Virus record (IMG/VR): IMGVR_UViG_646311924_000020
Origin: a virus
Taxonomy: Duplodnaviria; Heunggongvirae; Uroviricota; Caudoviricetes
Length of the DNA: 43,730 nucleotides
Direction: 5' to 3' (one strand)
Each line of letters opens with the position of its first letter. Position 1 is the first letter of the stretch. A model generated the notes under the pieces. The model was not told where the DNA came from. It ran no database searches and saw only the letters and a program-made list of their open reading frames with translations. Positions 38,010-43,730 of this stretch are shown one piece after another. The translations under genes were made by a program, and so were the position numbers.

Positions 38010-38480
38010 ATGACAAAATCATGGAGCGTACCTTTTCCTGAATCAGAAACTGAACATGATGGAATGCCTGTTTTCTGGAGATTCCAAGCGACAGTTGAAG
38101 AAGATGGAATCAAAATATTCGCACTTCAATATATAGCTTTTCATCAGACAGATCATTATGCATGGTTGGTTCCTGCGCATTGGATTGTTAATTTTAAACC
38201 AGCACCAAATCAGTGGTTACAGGAATGGAAACAAAGGAGAAATAGATATGCAATTAAGAAAGTAGCAAAAAATGCCGAAAGATCTTTTGCATTCCCGACG
38301 AAGAAACTTGCCATTGAAAGTTTATTGCGCCGGAAGAAGTACCATTTAATGAGAATCAAACAAGATTTGGCTGTTGTATCAACTCTTGTTGATGGGATGA
38401 AGAATATTGATACATCAATACCAGATATTGAATATAACTTTGGACACAACCAAGAAACAGAAAATTGGGTGTTTTATTAG
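38010..38480 (+). CDS. hypothetical protein (156 aa), accessory gene between ral and cIII
   Basis: AT-rich ORF with strong RBS GAGGTGAGATATG, no predicted membrane segment; no family recognised. Position corresponds to P22 gene 17 / lambda sieB locus. Confidence 0.55.
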   Translation: MTKSWSVPFPESETEHDGMPVFWRFQATVEEDGIKIFALQYIAFHQTDHYAWLVPAHWIVNFKPAPNQWLQEWKQRRNRYAIKKVAKNAERSFAFPTKKLAIESLLRRKKYHLMRIKQDLAVVSTLVDGMKNIDTSIPDIEYNFGHNQETENWVFY

Positions 38481-38584
38481 TACGAATAAGCACTGTGTAT
38501 TCATTCCAACGAGTGAATACACGGAGCAATGTCGCTCGTAACTAAACAGGAGCCGACTTGTTCTGATTATTGGAAATCTTCTTT

Positions 38585-38610
38585 GCCCTCCAGTGTGAGG
38601 GCCTTTTTAT
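38585..38610 (+). terminator. intrinsic terminator after the 156 aa gene
   Basis: Hairpin GCCCTC-CAGTGT-GAGGGC followed by CTTTTTAT. Confidence 0.65.
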
Positions 38611-38674
38611 ATGCATACCAATAACGCTTCACTCGAGGCGTTTTCGTTATGCAATCAAACAGAAGGAGCATCCT

Positions 38675-38845
38675 ATGCAACAGTTCGCTATTGCAGGGGC
38701 GGCATCGGTTCGCCCTTTCAACCCGATTTTATCGGTACAGCATTCACGAAAAAATATTTTAACCGGAGCAGACTTTAAACAACCAAGAATGAAAAGCTTG
38801 CTCGAAAAGCTTTGGGATATTTTGAAACAACAAGGCCGCCCATGA
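38675..38845 (+). CDS. cIII: CIII-like protein (FtsH inhibitor)
   Basis: 56 aa from ATG 38675 (AAGGAG RBS): MQQFAIAGAASVRPFNPILSVQHSRKNILTGADFKQPRMKSLLEKLWDILKQQGRP; N-terminal MQ-AIAG and central amphipathic LLEKLWDIL resemble lambda CIII. Confidence 0.7.
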   Translation: MQQFAIAGAASVRPFNPILSVQHSRKNILTGADFKQPRMKSLLEKLWDILKQQGRP

Positions 38846-39012
38846 GTTTTACAGATAACTGGTCAGACGAAGAATTCATTCGTCAGATGAAAGAATTAAT
38901 CGGTAACGAAGGAGATATTCATGTCACTTGCAACCACCGTGAAGGAGAGCAAGTTACAGAGACGCATGTACACGCAGCAGGCGTTAATGTATCGCCAGAA
39001 GGGAGATCGTGA
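38842..39012 (+). CDS. hypothetical protein (56 aa), kil position
   Basis: ATG overlaps the cIII stop (ATGA); small acidic protein; function by position only. Confidence 0.4.
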   Translation: MSFTDNWSDEEFIRQMKELIGNEGDIHVTCNHREGEQVTETHVHAAGVNVSPEGRS

Positions 39013-39101
39013 AGGTGTTCGCGTATTTTTAAATGCGGCAAAGACTGAAGTATTAAATCAGCGTTATTTCCTTGGGCCATGTCCATTCTGAGAACAATCA
39101 T

Positions 39102-39707
39102 ATGAGCAAAGAATTTTACGCAAGACTGGCAGCTATTCAGGAAAATCTGAACGCGCCCAAGAATCAGTACAACTCATTCGGTAAATATAAATACAGAAGC
39201 TGCGAAGACATTCTTGAAGGCGTTAAGCCGTTACTGAATGGTCTGTTTTTATCAATCAGCGATGAAGTTGTGTTGATTGGTAATCGGTATTACGTGAAAG
39301 CCACGGCAACTATTACCGATGGCGAAAACAGTCATACGGCAACCGCTCTTGCACGAGAGGAAGAAAGCAAGAAAGGAATGGATTCTGCACAAGTTACGGG
39401 AGCTACAAGCTCTTATGCACGCAAGTATTGCCTCAATGGTTTGTTCGGCATTGATGATGCGAAAGATGCAGATACAGACGAGCATAAACATCAGCAGAAC
39501 GCAGCAGCAAAGCAATCAAAACCATCACCTACACCTGAACAGGTTCTAAAAGCATTCACTGACGCAGCATTGCAGAAAAACACCGTAGAAGAGCTTAAAC
39601 AGGCGTTCGCCAAAGCGTGGAAGATGCTCGAAGGCACACCGGAGCAGCACAAAGCGCAGGACGTTTACAACATCAGACGAGACGAATTAGAAGGAGCGGC
39701 TGCTTAA
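39102..39707 (+). CDS. erf: Erf (essential recombination function, single-strand annealing protein)
   Basis: From ATG 39102: MSKEFYARLAAIQENLNAPKNQYNSFGKYKYRSCEDILEGVKPLLNGLFLSISDEVVLIGNRYYVKATATITDGENSH..., matches recalled P22 Erf. Confidence 0.95.
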   Translation: MSKEFYARLAAIQENLNAPKNQYNSFGKYKYRSCEDILEGVKPLLNGLFLSISDEVVLIGNRYYVKATATITDGENSHTATALAREEESKKGMDSAQVTGATSSYARKYCLNGLFGIDDAKDADTDEHKHQQNAAAKQSKPSPTPEQVLKAFTDAALQKNTVEELKQAFAKAWKMLEGTPEQHKAQDVYNIRRDELEGAAA

Positions 39708-40090
39708 TGGCACATTCGATTACTGTAAGACTAAACAAGCCCGCAAGAGAGTTTCAGGCCGGGGAAAATATCGGATTCAACATCCGTGCTGGCGTTCAGT
39801 ATTACGATCGCCAGACAAAAAAGAAAGAATGGACAAACTACAACGCCGTTGTATTTGCCAAGCCGGGAGCGCAAGCGGATTACTACCGTAGTGTTCTTGT
39901 TGAAGGTGGCATTGTAGAAATTACCGGAGAAAACATCAGGGTTGATGTTTATCAGGGGCAAAATGGTCAATCAATCACTCTTGAATTACTGAATGCAAAG
40001 ATTGGATTTGCAGCTTCAGGAAATGGCCCGCAGCAGCAAAGTAGTAACCAGCAGAACACCCCTGTATACGACGATTCCATCCCATTCTGA
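39707..40090 (+). CDS. hypothetical protein (127 aa), immediately downstream of erf
   Basis: ATG overlaps erf stop (TAATG); MAHSITVRLNKPAREFQAGENIGFNIRAGVQYYDRQTKKKEWTNYNAVVFAKPG...; function unknown. Confidence 0.55.
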   Translation: MAHSITVRLNKPAREFQAGENIGFNIRAGVQYYDRQTKKKEWTNYNAVVFAKPGAQADYYRSVLVEGGIVEITGENIRVDVYQGQNGQSITLELLNAKIGFAASGNGPQQQSSNQQNTPVYDDSIPF

Positions 40091-40113
40091 TTTAGAAAAA
40101 TAAGGATTTAATT

Positions 40114-40407
40114 ATGCCAGCGCCTCTGTATGGTGCGGATGACCCGCGCCGCTGTTCCGGCAATTCCGTATCGGAGGTGCTGGATAAATTCAGGAAAAAT
40201 TACGACCGGATAATGTCGCTACCGCAGGAAACAAAAGAGGAAAAGGAATTTCGCCACTGCGTATGGCTTGCAGAGAAAGAAGAACGCGAGCGAATTTACC
40301 AGACATCAATCCGACCATTCCGCAAAGCCACATATACCCACTTCCCTGAAATTGACCCGCGCCTGCGTAATTACCGCTCACGCTATGGCGCTATCAGTAA
40401 TAACTGA
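40114..40407 (+). CDS. possible Abc2-like anti-RecBCD protein (97 aa)
   Basis: Size and position (second gene after erf) fit P22 abc2; I cannot verify sequence identity from memory. Confidence 0.4.
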   Translation: MPAPLYGADDPRRCSGNSVSEVLDKFRKNYDRIMSLPQETKEEKEFRHCVWLAEKEERERIYQTSIRPFRKATYTHFPEIDPRLRNYRSRYGAISNN

Positions 40408-40417
40408 GGAATTTACC

Positions 40418-40585
40418 ATGAGAGGACTTGCATACAATCCCAGCATTCTTCCGGCAGAAATGATTATTCGCCAGCGCGTAAAGCCAATGCCATCGAGAGA
40501 GGAATTACTTAAGAGAAATTCTTTTCCGTCAGTAAATCAAAACAAATATCTGAATGCGATGTTGCGTAAAGGAGGCAAGCAGTGA
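40418..40585 (+). CDS. hypothetical protein (55 aa)
   Basis: ATG 40418 after GAGGA; operon-strand small ORF. Confidence 0.35.
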   Translation: MRGLAYNPSILPAEMIIRQRVKPMPSREELLKRNSFPSVNQNKYLNAMLRKGGKQ

Positions 40586-40881
40586 GTGTATGTCTTATTG
40601 ATAAACGTCGACGTGGGCAACAAATACCATCTGTTGAAATGCCGAATCACACATGGTTTTGCGTACTTGATATCGATGGTATGGATACGTTGGTTGACAC
40701 TCGTCATTACTGCGATACCGCAACAGCTACTCCGGCGAAAGCAAAGAAAATTGCTGCTCTGATAGAAAACTGGACTCCACCTGATGGTTGGTGCAATGGG
40801 AATGATCGAGATTGGCATGAAAAAATGAAGGGCTATATCTGCGATTTCTTACGTAAATGCAACGGATTCAGGGTGATGTGA
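40582..40881 (+). CDS. hypothetical protein (99 aa)
   Basis: GTG start overlapping previous stop; Cys/Trp-containing small protein. Confidence 0.45.
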   Translation: MSVCLIDKRRRGQQIPSVEMPNHTWFCVLDIDGMDTLVDTRHYCDTATATPAKAKKIAALIENWTPPDGWCNGNDRDWHEKMKGYICDFLRKCNGFRVM

Positions 40882-40882
40882 C

Positions 40883-41437
40883 ATGAACAAGATTGACTAT
40901 CAGGCACTGCGTGCCAAGGCAGAAAAAGCAACGTGTGGTGAGTGGTCGCTCGAATATGGAGAGGAGAGATTTGATGCTGGTGATGCGCTAATTCATCGTG
41001 AAGTTGTTGGATATCTTCCCATTTGCAGAATTGAAGGAGCGCATCCTGAAAGCGGTTTCGATGAAGATTTCCAGATGGAACAGCAGGCCAATGCTGAATT
41101 TATTGCTGCCTTTAATCCAAAGGTTGCTTTGGCACTGCTGGATGAACGGGAAAGAAACCAGCAATACATCAAACGCCGCGACCAGGAGAACGAGGATATT
41201 GCGCTAACGGTAGGGAAGCTGCGCGTTGAGCTTGAAGCAGAAAAACAGCGGGCAAAAGTTCTATTTATGGAAAATGCTCGGCTTAAGTCAGGCATAGCCG
41301 GTCTGATACACCTCGGTATTCGATATGCAGATGTTGAGGTCATGAAAATTGCTGGAGATGCCCAGCTTTCTACCCCATGCACTGACAGCATCATAAACAG
41401 CATTGCAACAGGCATTCGCATCAAAGGAGGTGAGTAA
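40883..41437 (+). CDS. hypothetical coiled-coil protein, possibly Ead/Ea22-like
   Basis: 184 aa with central coiled-coil (RRDQENEDIALTVGKLRVELEAEKQRAKVLFMENARLK); resembles Ead/Ea22-like prophage proteins by memory only. Confidence 0.45.
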   Translation: MNKIDYQALRAKAEKATCGEWSLEYGEERFDAGDALIHREVVGYLPICRIEGAHPESGFDEDFQMEQQANAEFIAAFNPKVALALLDERERNQQYIKRRDQENEDIALTVGKLRVELEAEKQRAKVLFMENARLKSGIAGLIHLGIRYADVEVMKIAGDAQLSTPCTDSIINSIATGIRIKGGE

Positions 41438-41613
41438 TGCGTGTGGCATGTATCGGCTTGTTACCGTACCCGACTCGTTTTTGGGCTTCTGCGCTAATTG
41501 CAAAGCCGCATGTCCTGATGGCTGACAACATCATCCCGGCACCAAAGCGCCGCCATACCGGTATTGCATCGGCACGACGAGCAGCAAAGAAACGCAGGAG
41601 AGCAAAACGATGA
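41437..41613 (+). CDS. hypothetical protein (58 aa, basic C-terminus)
   Basis: Translationally coupled small ORF (TAATG start, ATGA stop overlap). Confidence 0.3.
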   Translation: MRVACIGLLPYPTRFWASALIAKPHVLMADNIIPAPKRRHTGIASARRAAKKRRRAKR

Positions 41614-41798
41614 AAAACCGTAAAGCAAAGATTCTGTTAGTTCGTAGAAACGCTCCTGGCGTCTGGCAGTGGGTGAGACTCAGCAACCGACGGGTGGGGT
41701 TAATGAAACATTACGGGATGATGGATTGTGGTTTTTGCAAAAAGCCCAGCGCGGCGCAAAACCGCTGGAAAAACCACTTGCGTACTAAAGGAGAGTGA
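41610..41798 (+). CDS. hypothetical protein (62 aa)
   Basis: Start overlaps previous stop; basic, Cys-containing. Confidence 0.3.
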   Translation: MKNRKAKILLVRRNAPGVWQWVRLSNRRVGLMKHYGMMDCGFCKKPSAAQNRWKNHLRTKGE

Positions 41799-41799
41799 T

Positions 41800-42009
41800 A
41801 TGGCTATTGCCGCAAGTTACACCATGCATCTCTATTGTGACTGCCGCCAGTGTACGGAAGGTGTATATCCAGTGCCAGACTTCGGAGAGTATATCGGCAC
41901 GTCATGGGCTGGTTGTGCAAAAGAGGCGCGTAAGGATGGCTGGCGAATAAGCAAAGACAAAACACGTGCTTTTGCGCCTGGGCATAAAGTTTTGAGGATT
42001 AACAAATGA
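41800..42009 (+). CDS. hypothetical Cys-rich protein (69 aa)
   Basis: ATG 41800 after AAGGAGAG; MAIAASYTMHLYCDCRQCTEGVYPVPDFGEYIG... Confidence 0.35.
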   Translation: MAIAASYTMHLYCDCRQCTEGVYPVPDFGEYIGTSWAGCAKEARKDGWRISKDKTRAFAPGHKVLRINK

Positions 42010-42809
42010 CCACTATTACCAGAGAACAAGCTCTGAAAATTATTGAGGCAGCCGATGAGGTTATTAGTGCGCTTGCCGGAACTAACGAGGATGTTCACCC
42101 TGGTAGCGATAACATGCTACGCCTGTGGGATGACCTGAATGACCGTTACGCGCCGCCGGAAGTTGTGCGTGAGCTGGCACGGATTGCGCTGGCATCGTTG
42201 GAAGCAAAACCAATAGGTGCATTCCACATTGCAGAACAGCAAGTTGACGGCACAAGTGACTACCTCAAGGATGGAGAATGGCCTATTGATAATGGGACAA
42301 TTGAAGTATACGCCGCCCCTCCAGTGCCAGTAGTACCTGAAGAAAAACCAATGCCTAACCCTCTTAGCATGTACGCGGTCGATGCTGTTGCCGCTATTGC
42401 AGAGGTGAGAGGCTGGAACGCCTGCCGCGCCGCCATGCTTCATGGTGCCGAACCTGTAAGCCAAACTTACAAGTCACAACACACGCAGTTTGAACAAGTT
42501 GCTGACCTCTACGAAATGCAATTTGATGACGGTCGCACTTGTGCCTTTCACACTGATGCGCAAAAGGCTGCGCAATGGCTTCAGGCATGCGACGGAAACA
42601 GGGTTCAGGAATACGTGAAGCTGGAGCGATTGCGTAATGCGCTATCGGGCAACTCTCCGGTAACTCCGGATGGTTGGGTTATGGTGCCGAAGGAACCAAC
42701 TCAGGCCATGATTAAAGCGTGGCTATCAGAGATTGCTAACTTTCGCGGTCATGCTGCTGGTTACAGGGCTGCTCTTGAGGCAGCACCACAGGAGGTTAAC
42801 CGTGGCTAA
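42006..42809 (+). CDS. hypothetical protein (267 aa)
   Basis: Longest ORF of the early accessory region; no family recognised. Confidence 0.55.
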   Translation: MTTITREQALKIIEAADEVISALAGTNEDVHPGSDNMLRLWDDLNDRYAPPEVVRELARIALASLEAKPIGAFHIAEQQVDGTSDYLKDGEWPIDNGTIEVYAAPPVPVVPEEKPMPNPLSMYAVDAVAAIAEVRGWNACRAAMLHGAEPVSQTYKSQHTQFEQVADLYEMQFDDGRTCAFHTDAQKAAQWLQACDGNRVQEYVKLERLRNALSGNSPVTPDGWVMVPKEPTQAMIKAWLSEIANFRGHAAGYRAALEAAPQEVNRG

Positions 42810-43086
42810 CCTGCAACTTGCCGTCAAAGGTGAATACTTCGATGCCATGATTCGCGGAGAGAAAACAGAAGAGTATCGCCTGTGTAATGACTACTGGAAT
42901 AAGCGAATTATGTTCCGGGAGTATGACCGCCTGATTATCACAAAGGGATATCCGAAGCGCGACGACTCCAGCCGCAGAATAGACGTCCCGTATGACGGAT
43001 ATGAAATCAAGACAATCACACATCCCCACTTCGGCGATAAACCGGTAAAGGTGTTCGCGATAAATGTGAATATCGGCAATGAATAA
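42802..43086 (+). CDS. ASCH-domain-like protein (94 aa)
   Basis: GTG 42802 after GGAGG; VANLQLAVKGEYFDAMIRGEKTEEYRL... resembles ASCH/PUA-like small proteins (from memory). Confidence 0.45.
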   Translation: MANLQLAVKGEYFDAMIRGEKTEEYRLCNDYWNKRIMFREYDRLIITKGYPKRDDSSRRIDVPYDGYEIKTITHPHFGDKPVKVFAINVNIGNE

Positions 43087-43145
43087 CAACCCTCGCATTT
43101 GCGGGGATTTCTTTTATCTGAACTCGCTACGGCGAGTTTTGTTTT

Positions 43146-43457
43146 ATGGAGATGATTATGGTCTGTTCAACATTCAACCATCTAACGTTACAGAAATACC
43201 AGCCAGACCCTGAAGATTTATGCTCACTGTGTGGCGGAAATCATGGTAAAGCCGCCATGATCGAATGTAATGACAAAATCCACATTTGCCTTAATTGCGT
43301 TGATGTCCTCGTTGATATCAAAAATGAGAGAGAAGATAAAAAGCGTAGCGAGGCTATTCGCGCCTTAGATTCATGGATGCGAGATGGGTATAGTGCTGCG
43401 CAAATTTATGACTTAGCAATATCAAAAGGCGAAATACCAGGAGTACGCATCGAATAA
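43146..43457 (+). CDS. hypothetical protein (103 aa), possible zinc-binding
   Basis: Contains CSLCGG...CNDKIHICLNC cysteine pattern. Confidence 0.5.
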   Translation: MEMIMVCSTFNHLTLQKYQPDPEDLCSLCGGNHGKAAMIECNDKIHICLNCVDVLVDIKNEREDKKRSEAIRALDSWMRDGYSAAQIYDLAISKGEIPGVRIE

Positions 43458-43497
43458 GACATAACCGATATTCGAATTGAAGAACTGAAAGAACACC

Positions 43498-43524
43498 AAG
43501 CCGCCTGATGGCGGTTTCTTTTTG
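43498..43524 (+). terminator. intrinsic terminator upstream of xis
   Basis: Hairpin (AAG)CCGCC-TGAT-GGCGG(TTT) followed by TTTCTTTTTG; shares the GCCTGATGGCGG core with the terminator at 37935-37962. Confidence 0.5.
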
Positions 43525-43538
43525 CCTGGAGAATTAAG

Positions 43539-43730
43539 ATGACCGATACCAGCCTGATTCCTGAGAAAGAAGTGATGAACAAGCTCGGTGTTTCATCACG
43601 TCAGACAATCTGGAACTATACCAAACGACACGGATTTCCGAAGCCAGTCAGAACCCACCCCAAATCATACCTTCGTGAAGCTGTTGAAGGGTGGATTCTT
43701 AACGGTGGCGTTAATCAGAAATGCTCCTGA
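43539..43730 (+). CDS. xis: excisionase / AlpA-family DNA-binding protein
   Basis: 63 aa, HTH-like segment (MNKLGVSSRQTIWNYTKRHGFPKPV); last gene before the window edge, where int is expected next. Confidence 0.6.
   Translation: MTDTSLIPEKEVMNKLGVSSRQTIWNYTKRHGFPKPVRTHPKSYLREAVEGWILNGGVNQKCS

Noticed and set aside
1-43730. CRISPR arrays or large defence operons (R-M, Abi, retron, CBASS-like)
   Set aside because: No spaced direct-repeat arrays and no multi-gene operons with nuclease, ATPase or reverse-transcriptase hallmarks beyond the phage's own genes; the only repeat arrays are the IS copies and the ori iterons.

Overview
The window holds about 1.4 kb of Escherichia coli-type chromosome (dacD and the first 16 codons of sbcB) followed by about 42.3 kb of a P22-like, lambdoid-mosaic prophage that runs to the right edge. 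The prophage is integrated in the 5' end of sbcB; xis is the last gene in the window and int must lie beyond it. Gene order (decreasing coordinate for the rightward operon) is: cro-cII-replication (O-like with internal iterons, DnaB-type helicase)-nin region (ninB, orphan adenine methyltransferase, ninE, ninF, HNH endonuclease, ninG, ninH, phosphatase)-Q-two tRNAs-lambda-type S/R/Rz/Rz1 lysis cassette-Rha-terminase-portal-scaffold-coat-gp4-gp10-HNH endonuclease-gp26 needle-gp14/7/20/16-accessory pair-immI (mnt, arc, ant)-tailspike-acyltransferase. The leftward operon (increasing coordinate) is cI-pL-N-ral-unknown 156 aa gene-cIII-erf-accessory genes-xis. Lesions suggesting the prophage is defective: two IS629-like insertions (one splitting the scaffolding gene) and a frameshift in a T7 tract of the acyltransferase. 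No recognisable large defence system was found; the best candidates for undescribed function are two small accessory islands (6610-7535 and 38010-38480). All identifications are from reading the sequence and recalled protein families, with no database search; coordinates of small sites are hand-counted.
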